Below, in pieces: positions 21,571-34,881 of a DNA stretch of 64,000 nucleotides. The position numbers and the translations under genes were made by a program. This DNA comes from an uncultured Thermoleophilia bacterium (lineage in GTDB: Bacteria > Actinomycetota > Thermoleophilia > UBA2241): NCBI GenBank assembly GCA_963784975.1, contig CAWAUK010000044.1:33523-97522 (forward strand), in the 5' to 3' direction. Positions within the stretch are counted from its first letter, which is position 1; every line of letters begins with the position of its first letter. Under the pieces are notes generated by a model. That model ran no database searches. It was not told the DNA's origin and was given only the letters and a program-made list of their open reading frames with translations.

Positions 21571-21578
<8 letters not shown>
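20070..21578 (-). CDS. GAF-GAF-degenerate GGDEF protein
   Basis: DTLTGLYSR, GELDG in place of the D-x-D-x-FK metal site, RLGGGRF in place of GG(D/E)EF. Confidence 0.85.
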
Positions 21579-25838
<4,260 letters not shown>

Positions 25839-25846
<8 letters not shown>

Positions 25847-27929
25847 CGAACACCTCCACACGGTTCTTGCCGAGCCGCTTGGCGAGATAGAGCGCCTTGT
25901 CGGCATTGCGCACCAGCTCGCCGGGACCGCCGGCCGCGCCAGGGAAGCAGGCGACGCCGATGCTCACCGTGATCCTGGTGTCGTCGTCCACGCCGGGCAG
26001 CGACGCTCCGGCCACCGAGACCCGGATGCGCTCGCTCACGCTCACGGCGCCCTCTTCGTTGGGCGGCGGGGCGCCGGGCAGCGAGGAGAGTTCGCGCGCC
26101 AGGCGGGTCCCGACCACCTGGGCGCCGTCGCGGGTGGTGTTGGGCAGCACGATGGTGAACTCCTCGCCGCCGTAGCGCGCGGCGATGTCGATGCCGGCAC
26201 GCAGGTTGGAGCCGAGGATGCGGCCGACCTCCGTGAGCACGAGGTCCCCGGCGGGATGGCCGAAGCGGTCGTTGAAGTGCTTGAAGTCGTCGATGTCGAT
26301 CATGAGCATGGAGAGCGGCAGCCCGTAGCGCTGCGCCCTTGCGATCTCCTGGTTCAGCCGCTCGTAGAAGTAGCGATGGTTGTACAGCCCCGTGAGCCCG
26401 TCGGTGATCGCCTGCCGCTCGATCGTGCGGTACAGCGCCGCGTTGGCCAGCGCCGCAGCGGCCTGGCTGGCGAGGATCTGCAGCAGCTCGACCTCGTCGT
26501 CGCCGGTCGCGAGCCCGGCGCCCCCGCGGATGTCGAGCAGGCCCTCCGCGGCGTCGCCCGAGACGAACGGCACGACCAGCCGTGAGCCGGCAGCGTCCTC
26601 AGCGATCGCCGGGCCGAGCGCGGCGACGGCCCGGCGGTGGAGGTCGTCGAGCTCCACCACCGCCGGCTCCTCGCCGGACCCGGCCGCGACGGGACCGGGT
26701 TCGAAGGGCACGAATGCCTCGCCGCGACGCAGCAGCAGCGTCACGGCGTCGCCGTGGACGTCGAACAGGTCGGCGACCTCGCGCCTCACCTCTCCGAGCA
26801 CGGCGCCGGCGTCGAGCGACGAGACCAGGACGCGGCTCGTCTCGAGCAGCGCCACGAGCCGCCGGTTCTGGCGCTCGCCGCGCCGGTACAGCCACGCGTG
26901 GCGGATGGCCGTCGCGGCCTGTTCCCCCAGCGCCCGCGCGAGCTCGATCTCAGCGGAGCTGAAGACCCGCTCGCGCGCCGTCTCGATGAGCACGAGGAGC
27001 CCCAGGGGCTCGCCCTCGACGACGAGCGGGACGTTGAGGCACGCCTTCTCGCCCCACTGCTCCATGGACTCGCGCACGTCCGGCGGGAGCGTCTCGTCCG
27101 AGAGCGTCTCCTGCACGACTGCGCCGCGGCGCAGGATCTCCCGGTCGGCGGGGTAGTCGTCGAGCGGGTAGACGCCGGCCTCGTCAAGGGCGGACGGCCG
27201 GCCGTCACGGCCGTAGAACGCGCGGAACACGATCGCGTCGCGCGCAGCGTCCAGCTCGTAGGCCACACACTCCACAGTCTCGAGGGCCTCGGCCGCGGTA
27301 CGGCAGATCTGCGCCAGCGAATCCTCCAGCGTGACCGTGGACGTGATCGCCCGCGCGGTGTCGACCATCGAGCCGAGGTAGCGGTTCTGCTCCTGCTGCA
27401 GGCGGAAGAGGCGCGCGTTACGGACGGCGACGGCCGCCGGGCCGGCGAGCAGGGTGACGAGCTCGCGGTCCTCGTCGGTGAAGCGCCGGCCCTCGCGCTT
27501 CTCGATCAGCGTGAGACAGCCCACGACGCCCTTGTCGCGGAAGTGCAGCGGGACGGCCAGGGTGGCGACCTCGCCCCACTCCAGCATCGCCGTGCGGTCC
27601 GCGGGATCGAGGTCCGCGTCGTCGATGCCCGTGAGCACGCAGGCGCCGCCCTCGATTATCGGCACGTAGCCGGGGCGATCGTCGAGGCTGACGCGAGTGC
27701 CGACCCAGGCGAGGTCCTCGTTCGTGAGCTCGCGCGCCCAGAGGGCGGCGGCGGTGAGCGTGCGGCTCTCCGGGTCGTACTCGTAGAGGTCGCACTCCCA
27801 GGCGTCGAGCGCTTCGGCGACGCGCCGGACGATGACGGTGGGCGCATCGTCGCGCACCAGCGCCTGCGTGATCTCCGCCCCGGCCTCGACGGCCAGCCTG
27901 AAGCGAGCGCTCTCGGTGGCCGGCTTCAT
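25839..27929 (-). CDS. diguanylate cyclase, 3xGAF-GGDEF
   Basis: DGLTGLYN, MIDIDDFKHFND, RYGGEEF; ATG overlaps the peptidase stop (ATGA). Confidence 0.9.
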
Positions 27930-29317
27930 CGCACGGCCCGAGGCTCGGCGGGGCGCGGGCGGGCAAGGCGGTAGCGATCGCGCGTGGCCACGAGCGCACA
28001 GAGCAGGGACGCGACCTGGCACTGGACGAGAGAGCGGATGGGCGTCGCCTCGATGCCGCCCGCGGCCGCGAGGCGCTCGGCACGCGTGCGCACCTCCGCG
28101 ACGGCCTCGTCGTGCAGCGTGCGCAGCACGTCGTCCTGCTGCGCCTCGGCGGCGATCATCCCGGCGAACTGGCCCACGCGGGCCAGCGTGTCGAGCTCAC
28201 GCAGGTACACCTGGTCGAAGAGCTGGGCCACCGTCGCCTCCTGCGCGAACTCGGGCTCGGTCTCGGCCTGTACGCGCGCGGCGCGGATGTCGTCCTTGAT
28301 CTCGCCGAGGTGGGCGTGCACGGTGCGCTGCCACGGCGTCTCGGCGGTGAGACGGGAGGCGGCCTTCACGTAGCGCTCGTGCAGCCATAGCGCCAGCTGC
28401 TCCTGCACCTCGAGGCCGCGCAGCTTGGCCTCGCGGCGGGAGAGCCCGGCTGGGCTCCGGTCGGCGATGCGTGGGCTCGTGAAGTACGGCACCTCGCTGA
28501 CCAGCGTGAAGCAGTCCCACATGGCCTCGGCGTAGTCGTCGCTCGAGGTGCCGAAGGTGAGGACCACCGCAGGGTCGGCCCCATAAGCTTCGTAGAACTC
28601 GTAGTCCTCGGCGAGGCCGAACCCGCGGAAGATCCCGGGCGCCAGCTGGCGCAGATACGGCATCTCGGGCTCGCCGCAGTCGGGCGGCAGCCCGGCCGCC
28701 GCCATGACGAAGGCGAGCTCGTCCTGAAGCTGGGCGTCCTCGGCCGACAGGTAGTAGTACGCGCCGCCGAAGGTGGAGTTGTGCAGCGGCATGTAGAAGT
28801 CGAGCGGGCGGCGGCCGATGACCTCCATCACGGCCGCCGCCTCCGGCAGCGGCCTGGTGAACGCGTAGCGCTTGTAGCTCACCGGGAACGTCCACTCGAA
28901 CTGGTCGTGCGGCGGCGGCCGGTACACACGCAGCAGGAAGCCGGTGAGGTCGTAGGGCTCGTCGAACCAAGGCTCGTTGAGCAGCGTCGCGTCAGGGTCG
29001 CCGGCCTTGATCACGGAGAAGTTGAAGCCGAGCTCGGTGGCCAGGCCGTCCGCGAGCAGAGGCAGCAGGTACTCGAGCGCGAGCGTGCCGACGGGCTCTT
29101 CCGGGTGCGGCAGGCCGACGAGGAGCGCCTGCAGCGGGCCGCCGGGGATCTCGAGGCAGCGCAGCGGGTGGCCGGCCCGCGACGCGCCCGGCGACCACAC
29201 CTCGATCTCGGGATGCGCGGCGGCCAGGCCGTCGGTGGACCGCTCGAGCTCGCCCAAGGTCAGGTAGCGCTCGAGGGCCGGGACCCCTGCCACGATCTCG
29301 TCGAAACACGGGAACAC
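27926..29317 (-). CDS. M14 family zinc carboxypeptidase
   Basis: GASRAGHPL, HPEE (HxxE), LHNS, SEVPYF; no signal peptide. Confidence 0.8.
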   Translation of the reverse strand: MFPCFDEIVAGVPALERYLTLGELERSTDGLAAAHPEIEVWSPGASRAGHPLRCLEIPGGPLQALLVGLPHPEEPVGTLALEYLLPLLADGLATELGFNFSVIKAGDPDATLLNEPWFDEPYDLTGFLLRVYRPPPHDQFEWTFPVSYKRYAFTRPLPEAAAVMEVIGRRPLDFYMPLHNSTFGGAYYYLSAEDAQLQDELAFVMAAAGLPPDCGEPEMPYLRQLAPGIFRGFGLAEDYEFYEAYGADPAVVLTFGTSSDDYAEAMWDCFTLVSEVPYFTSPRIADRSPAGLSRREAKLRGLEVQEQLALWLHERYVKAASRLTAETPWQRTVHAHLGEIKDDIRAARVQAETEPEFAQEATVAQLFDQVYLRELDTLARVGQFAGMIAAEAQQDDVLRTLHDEAVAEVRTRAERLAAAGGIEATPIRSLVQCQVASLLCALVATRDRYRLARPRPAEPRAVR

Positions 29318-29392
29318 GCTGACCCCCCAGTCGACGCCGCCTCATCGTGTCGCCGTAGCTTACCAGACGGTCGCCGCCGGGCTGCGGAATGC

Positions 29393-29419
29393 TCAAGGTC
29401 TCTGCGCGGCTGCCGATAC
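29393..29419 (+). promoter_or_regulatory. sigma28/FliA/WhiG-type promoter
   Basis: TCAA-N15-GCCGATAC against the consensus TAAA-N15-GCCGATAA. Confidence 0.7.
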
Positions 29420-29424
29420 AGAGA

Positions 29425-29480
29425 GTGGTACCCCCTTCAGAGGGCCGGACCGGCGCCGTTCGCCGGCCCGGCCCTTTTGT
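29425..29480 (+). ncRNA. candidate ~55-nt small RNA with C-rich seed
   Basis: Bounded by the sigma28-type promoter and an intrinsic terminator; no ORF; seed GUGGUACCCCCUUCA is complementary to the RBS at 3616-3630. Confidence 0.55.
29441..29478 (+). terminator. intrinsic terminator
   Basis: AGGGCCGG-A-CCGGCG / loop CCGTT / CGCCGG-C-CCGGCCCT followed by TTT. Confidence 0.7.
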
Positions 29481-29603
29481 CTGCCCGGACGCTGTCTCTT
29501 CCGTCAGCTCCCGCCGGCGATCCCGACCGCGAACCCGCCCTGCGGACTCTGGCCCCCCACGTCGGGCATGTGCTACGGTTGGCGTAAGCCTCGGGAGGGC
29601 GCC

Positions 29604-29801
29604 GTGATCTACTGCGTGGTACCTCCGGAGCTCGGCGAAGACGCATTCCGGCGCCTCGTGGAGCACTACCGGGACAACCCGAACGTCAAGGTCATCATGG
29701 ACCGCCGCCACGGCGAGCGCCGCACCGATCGCTCCGGCGGCGGCGAGCGCCAGACCCGCGACCGGCGGCGGCGGCGCGCTCCGGGCTCGTTCGACATCTG
29801 A
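29604..29801 (+). CDS. small hypothetical protein with DRR/ERR motifs
   Basis: GGGAGG RBS and GTG start; MIYCVVPPELG...VIMDRRHGERRTDR...; extended -10 TGCTACGGT upstream. Confidence 0.7.
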   Translation: MIYCVVPPELGEDAFRRLVEHYRDNPNVKVIMDRRHGERRTDRSGGGERQTRDRRRRRAPGSFDI

Positions 29802-29823
29802 CCCTCCCGCCCAAGGGGACTCC

Positions 29824-30306
29824 ATGAACGAACCACTGCCGCGCGGCAGCGAGACCAGCCTCGTCCTCACCCACCTCACGCAGCCCGCCGACGCCAACTA
29901 CATGGGCAACATCCACGGCGGCATCATCATGAAGCTCATCGACGAAGCGGCCGGCGCGTGCGCCTTCCGCTTCTGTCGCACGACCATCGTCACGGCGGCC
30001 ATCGACCGCATCGACTTCCACCATCCGGTCCGGGTGGGCAACCTCGTCCGCTTCCGGGCCAACGTGAACTTCGCCGGCACGAAGTCGGTGGAGGTCGGGG
30101 TGCGCGTCGAGGCCGAGGACCTCATGACGGGGATCACGACCCACACCAACTCCGCCTACCTGGTGTTCGTGGCGCTCAGCGACGGGGGCAAACCGATCCC
30201 GGTGCCCAGGCTCGTGCCGCAGACCGACCAGCAGAAGGAGTGGTACGCGGAGGCGAAGGAGCGGCGGCGCAAGCGGCTCGTCGAGCGCGAGCCGGCCGAC
30301 GACTGA
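29824..30306 (+). CDS. acyl-CoA thioesterase (hotdog fold)
   Basis: DANYMGNIHGGIIMKLIDEAAG, IVTAAIDRIDF, SVEVGVRV. Confidence 0.92.
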   Translation: MNEPLPRGSETSLVLTHLTQPADANYMGNIHGGIIMKLIDEAAGACAFRFCRTTIVTAAIDRIDFHHPVRVGNLVRFRANVNFAGTKSVEVGVRVEAEDLMTGITTHTNSAYLVFVALSDGGKPIPVPRLVPQTDQQKEWYAEAKERRRKRLVEREPADD

Positions 30307-30386
30307 CTGACGCGCCGGCCGGCGTCTGACACGCCGGCCCGTGCCCGGACAAGCGGCGGCTCAGGTGGCCGGCCGCCGCCCGCGGC

Positions 30387-31187
30387 TCAGGCGGCCGGCG
30401 CCCCGCCGCCCTCCAGCCGCAGTAGTTCCTGCAGTGCCAGGTCGGCCACGTCCAGCTGGTCGTCCGAGGGCTCGCTGGTCGTGAACAGGCGCTGCATCTC
30501 GAGGCCGGGCTTGCCGAGCGTCCGCGCCAGCGGGTGGTCCTGATGGCGCGACATCCAGGAGAACAGCTCCATCGCCGTGCCGATGCTGACGAGCCCGCCG
30601 ACGAACGTCGCCAGCGGTTGCCGCTCTCTTCCGGCCGCCCGCAGCAGCAGGTTGGTAGCGAGGCTGGTGACCACCATCGGCGCGATGAGGTTGGAGCCGC
30701 AGCGCGCGTGTTCCTTGTGGGCCGCGGACGGATCGCCGCCGTTCTCGTAGGCGGCGACGCTCTTGTGTTCGGCGCCGTGGTACCGCGAGAGCCGGGAGTC
30801 CCGCAGCGCGAGGAGCACCGGGGCCAGGCCGGCGCCGGCCACGGCCAGCTCGCGCAGCACCGGCGAGCCACGCCCCGACGCGCGCAGCGCGACCGTCACG
30901 GCCGCGCTCGCCGCCGTGGCCGCGAGCATGCGCGGGTCCTCCTGGGGCAGGACCGGCTGGCCGGTCTTGCGGCGCACCGCCGGCAGGACCGCCATAGCCT
31001 CACCCAGCCGGACCAGGCCGCGGAGGACCGGCACCTGGCGGAGCGTCTCTCGCGCCGGGAGCTGTACCTTCGGCCCGGAGACGACCTTGACGCCCCCGTT
31101 CTCTTCGCGCACGGCCGCGGCCCAGTAGCCGTCGCTCTGCAGAAGGACTCCATCTCTCAAGGCCATGCCGCCGAGCTGCATCGTCAT
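30387..31187 (-). CDS. DUF1385-like protein
   Basis: LGGMALRDGV, YHGAEHK, HARCGSN, QRLFTTSEP; GAGGAG RBS. Confidence 0.8.
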   Translation of the reverse strand: MTMQLGGMALRDGVLLQSDGYWAAAVREENGGVKVVSGPKVQLPARETLRQVPVLRGLVRLGEAMAVLPAVRRKTGQPVLPQEDPRMLAATAASAAVTVALRASGRGSPVLRELAVAGAGLAPVLLALRDSRLSRYHGAEHKSVAAYENGGDPSAAHKEHARCGSNLIAPMVVTSLATNLLLRAAGRERQPLATFVGGLVSIGTAMELFSWMSRHQDHPLARTLGKPGLEMQRLFTTSEPSDDQLDVADLALQELLRLEGGGAPAA

Positions 31188-31389
31188 CGTCTCCTCAGAA
31201 GGAAGGTCACGCGTCGCGAGCAGCGCCCGCGCTACCCTCCAGTGTTCCCCAACGCGGGCGCAAGCGCTACCGCCCCTCTCGGAGCTTGCGACTCGTATGC
31301 AGCCGAGGTCTGGACGCGAAGCCGCGCAGGCGCGAGACTGACCGGGTGACGAGCCGGCGCTCCGCCGGAGCACGGCCAAGGAGGGCGAG

Positions 31390-32118
31390 ATGGGGTTCTT
31401 CGACACAGTCAAGGACAAGGCGGGCGCCCTTGCGGCCGACACCCAGCGTGCCGGTAGGGTGACCGCCGCTCAGGCTCGCCTGGTCGTCCTGCAGAACGAC
31501 CTCAAGAAAGCGGAGCGCGAGCTCGGCCACGCCGCGTTCGCCCTGGCCGAGCGCGGGGAACTCGATCACCCCGAGCTTGTACACGCCGTCGAGCGGCTGC
31601 GTGCGACGTCGGCCGAGGTACGCGCCAAGGAGGCCGAGATCTCGGCCCTGCGCGGCGAGGCTCCGGAGCCCGCGGCGACGGCGGCGGCCCCGGCGGCCGC
31701 CGTTCCTGCCGAGGCGCCTGCGACGCCGGCGGCGACCACCGTGGAGACGGCCGCCGGACCCGTGATCGTCACGTCGACGCCGCCGCCCGCGCCGCAGGAG
31801 CCGAAGGCCGGAGAGGCGGCCGCAGCTGAAGAGGAAGCCGCCCCGGAAGGCCCGGCGAAGAAGGCCGCGCGCAAGCCTGCGGCCAGGCCCGCGGCGCCGG
31901 CGAAGAAGTCGGCCGCCAAGTCCGCAGCCAAGAAGCCGGCCCCGAAGAAGGCCGCTCCCAAGAAGGCGCCGGCCGAGAAGGCGCCGGACGCGCCCATCGT
32001 CGTGCCGGCCGCGACTCCTCGCAGCCAGACCAAGGCCGGCGCCACTCCCAAGAAGCCGACGCGGCCCTCGTCGTCCGGCCCGCGGCCCGCCGGCAAGAAG
32101 CGCCCCGCCGGCACCTGA
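31390..32118 (+). CDS. hypothetical protein with coiled-coil N-terminus and histone H1-like PAKK tail
   Basis: MGFFDTVKDKA start, AAGGAGG RBS, Ala/Lys/Pro-rich repeats. Confidence 0.7.
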   Translation: MGFFDTVKDKAGALAADTQRAGRVTAAQARLVVLQNDLKKAERELGHAAFALAERGELDHPELVHAVERLRATSAEVRAKEAEISALRGEAPEPAATAAAPAAAVPAEAPATPAATTVETAAGPVIVTSTPPPAPQEPKAGEAAAAEEEAAPEGPAKKAARKPAARPAAPAKKSAAKSAAKKPAPKKAAPKKAPAEKAPDAPIVVPAATPRSQTKAGATPKKPTRPSSSGPRPAGKKRPAGT

Positions 32119-32265
32119 GCCGCCGGTACCTGAGCCGCCGGCGCTGCAGCCGCCCGCGCCCGCCCCGCCGAGGCGCCCGCCTGCGGCGGCCGGCCAACGT
32201 GAACCGTCCGCCCGGCGGACCCCGTCCGGGCCGTCTGGTACCCTGACGGGGACCAAGGAGATCCC

Positions 32266-33267
32266 ATGTCCGATCAGGCCAGCTTCCCGGGCGCGACCAC
32301 GCGCATCGCCATCATCGACTTCCAGAGTGGGCAGACCGTCGACGGCGTCTACGCCTGCTCTGAGCTCGCAGCCGCCACCGACCGCAACGGCAAGGCCTAC
32401 CTGCGCCTCAAGCTGCGCGACGCCACCGGCGAGGTAGCCGCCATCCACTTCGATCCGTCCGACGACGCGCTTGGCGTCACCGCCGGCGACGTCGTCTGCG
32501 TCGGCGGCACCTACAGCGTCCACCCCCAGTACGGCGCGCAGATCCAGGTCCGCCGCTTGCGTGCCGCCGACGACGAAGAATACGACGCCGGCGACCTCGT
32601 GCAGGTGTCCCCGGTCGGCACCGCCGAGCTCGCCGAGCGCCTGCACGCACTCATCGATTCCGTGGAGGAGCCGCACGTGCGCGCGCTCCTGGAGCGCGCC
32701 TTCGACGGCTCGCGCGAGCCCGGCGCCACGTTCGCCGTCGCGCCGGCGGCCGTGCGCAACCATCACGCCTACCGGCACGGCCTGCTCGAACACTCGGTCA
32801 TCGTCGCCGAGGCGGCGGCGGGCGTGGCGTCGCGGTTCGACTCCGTCGACCGCGACCTCGTCGTCGCCGGCGGCCTGCTGCACGACATCGGCAAGACCCA
32901 GGCGTACACCAGCGGCGGCCTCGCCCCGCAGATGACCGACGCCGGCCGTCTTCACGGCGAGATCGTCATCGGGCACGACATGGTGCGCGAGCTCATCGAG
33001 GAGGACGCGGACTTCCCGCCCGAAGCCGCCAAGCGGCTGCGCCACATCATCGTGGCGCACCACGGCATGCGCGAGAAGGGCAGCCCCGTGGTGCCCCAGA
33101 CGCGCGAGGCGATCATCGTGCACTACTGCGACGACATGACGGCTCGCATCGGCGCCATCGACGACGCCGAGGCGGCTACCCCGGCCGGTGAGCATTGGTC
33201 CAGCCGCATCTTCATGATCGACGCGCCGGCCTACCTCGGCCCGCGCGATGAGCGGGACGAGGACTAG
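32266..33267 (+). CDS. yhaM: 3'-5' exoribonuclease YhaM/Cbf1 family (OB + HD domains)
   Basis: YLRLKLRDATG OB fold, PAAVRNHHAYRHGLLEH, LLHDIGK, HIIVAHHG, GSPVVP. Confidence 0.85.
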   Translation: MSDQASFPGATTRIAIIDFQSGQTVDGVYACSELAAATDRNGKAYLRLKLRDATGEVAAIHFDPSDDALGVTAGDVVCVGGTYSVHPQYGAQIQVRRLRAADDEEYDAGDLVQVSPVGTAELAERLHALIDSVEEPHVRALLERAFDGSREPGATFAVAPAAVRNHHAYRHGLLEHSVIVAEAAAGVASRFDSVDRDLVVAGGLLHDIGKTQAYTSGGLAPQMTDAGRLHGEIVIGHDMVRELIEEDADFPPEAAKRLRHIIVAHHGMREKGSPVVPQTREAIIVHYCDDMTARIGAIDDAEAATPAGEHWSSRIFMIDAPAYLGPRDERDED

Positions 33268-33713
33268 CCCCAGATCTCCCTACAGTCCTCGAGCACCACG
33301 GACGCGTGTCCCTTGGCCTTCACGGCCGGATACACCTTGCGCAGCGTTCCGTCGGGGTCGATGAGCCAGGTCGTGCGCTTGGCCACGCCGACCATCGGCC
33401 GCGCGACGCCGAAGGCGCTCGCCACCGTGTGGTCGCCGTAGTCGCTGATCAGCGGCATCTTGAGGTCGTACTTCCGCGCCCAGCGCTCGTTGGCGGCGGG
33501 CTTGTCGACGCTCGCGCCGATCACCTGCACGCCGAGGGCGGCGAACTCATGAAGCAGGCCGTTGAACTCAACGGCTTCGGCCGTTCAGCCCGCGGTGTCG
33601 GCTTTGGGATAGAAGAAGAGGACGGTGCGCCTGCCCGGCGCGCCGAGGTCGAAGGTTGCTCCGTCGTAGGAGGCGCCGGTGACCGCCGGCGCCTTGTCGC
33701 CTTCCTTGAGCAT
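33264..33713 (-). CDS. bcp: BCP/PrxQ peroxiredoxin with in-frame UGA (selenocysteine) at 33585-33587
   Basis: MLKEGDKAP...FFYPKADTAG-UGA-TAEAVEFN...VIGASVD...KRTTWLIDPDG; both halves in the same frame, 149 aa. Confidence 0.9.
33551..33578 (-). promoter_or_regulatory. candidate bacterial SECIS hairpin
   Basis: GCCGUUG-AGUU-CAACGGC stem-loop, loop starts 16 nt after the UGA; T-ending codons are atypical for this genome. Confidence 0.6.
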
Positions 33714-33851
33714 CGGGACCCCTCCCGTGTGGTCGCGGGCTGCGGCGCCTGGACGGGGCCGCGTTTCCCTTCGGCAGTCTGCATGCCCCCGGCGCACCGC
33801 GACGAAACGATGCCGCCCGCGCCGGTCGGCCGGTCGAGATAGACTCCGCTG

Positions 33852-34118
33852 ATGGCACGCAAGCTGAGAGTCAGCGTCGACTACGACAGGTGCACAGGCG
33901 TCGGCGCCTGCGAGCAGGTCTGCCCCGAGGTCTTCTTCATGAACGAGGAGGGGCTCCCGGACGTGCTCGAGGAGGAGCCCCACGAGACGCTCTGGGCCGC
34001 CGTCGAGCGGGCCGAAGAGGCCTGCCCGGAGGAGGCCGTGATCCTGGAGTGGGTGGAGGACCAGGCCGATGCGGACGCGCGTCGTGGTCGCGACGCCCCG
34101 CGCCGCCCTCCTGCCTGA
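33852..34118 (+). CDS. ferredoxin (3Fe-4S type)
   Basis: VDYDRCTGVGACEQVCPEVF...ACPEEAV. Confidence 0.88.
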   Translation: MARKLRVSVDYDRCTGVGACEQVCPEVFFMNEEGLPDVLEEEPHETLWAAVERAEEACPEEAVILEWVEDQADADARRGRDAPRRPPA

Positions 34119-34121
34119 AGC

Positions 34122-34760
34122 TCACCCACGCTCGAGCGGAAGGATCGTGACGGGCACGCTGCAGCGCTCGCGGAACCGCTCGGCGTCGCCGGCGTCGCCG
34201 ACGACCTCGCCGTAGTGCATGGGTACGGCGGCCGTTGTATGCAGCAGGTCGCAGGCCGCGGCCGCCTCGTCCCACGTCATCGTGAACGTGCCGCCCACGG
34301 GCAGCAGAGCGACGTCGCAGTGCACGGCGGCCATCTCCGGTACCGCGTCGGTGTCGCCGGCGTGGTAGTAGCGCACGCCGTCGAGCGTGATCACGTAGCC
34401 GACGTGGCCGGCCTCCCTGGGATGGTACGGCTGCCCGGGAGCGCGGAACTTGGTGAGGTTGTAGGCGGGGACGGCCTCGATGCCGACTCCCCCGACCTCG
34501 GTGCTGTCACCAGGTGCGACGGTGACGGTCTCGAGGTCGCCGACCTGCGCCGTGACGGAGGCCGGACCCACCACCACAGTGTCCGGCCCGGCGAGCGCCC
34601 GGATGTCCGGAAGGCTGAGGTGGTCGAAGTGCTCGTGCGTGACAAGGATCAGGCCGGCCGGCGGCAGCCCCGCCGGCAGCTTCCAGGGATCGATGTAGAC
34701 GGTCACGGTGCCGTCCAGCCGGAACGAATCGTGGCCGTGCCAGTGGATGTTCTCGAGCAT
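34122..34760 (-). CDS. MBL-fold metallo-hydrolase
   Basis: WHGHDSF, THEHFDH, YHAGDTD, PMHYG. Confidence 0.9.
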   Translation of the reverse strand: MLENIHWHGHDSFRLDGTVTVYIDPWKLPAGLPPAGLILVTHEHFDHLSLPDIRALAGPDTVVVGPASVTAQVGDLETVTVAPGDSTEVGGVGIEAVPAYNLTKFRAPGQPYHPREAGHVGYVITLDGVRYYHAGDTDAVPEMAAVHCDVALLPVGGTFTMTWDEAAAACDLLHTTAAVPMHYGEVVGDAGDAERFRERCSVPVTILPLERG

Positions 34761-34817
34761 CGCCGCCTCCCTTGATAGTCGTCTCCTGCGGTTCTACCCC
34801 GAGGAGGGCGGCAACAC

Positions 34818-34866
34818 GACGGGCCGGCCACTGGATCCCGAGCGATCCTCCAGTGGCCGGCCCGTC
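34818..34866 (-). terminator. 18-bp perfect hairpin downstream of csp gene
   Basis: GACGGGCCGGCCACTGGA (34818-34835) / TCCAGTGGCCGGCCCGTC (34849-34866). Confidence 0.65.
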
Positions 34867-34881
34867 AGCAACTCGGAGTCC

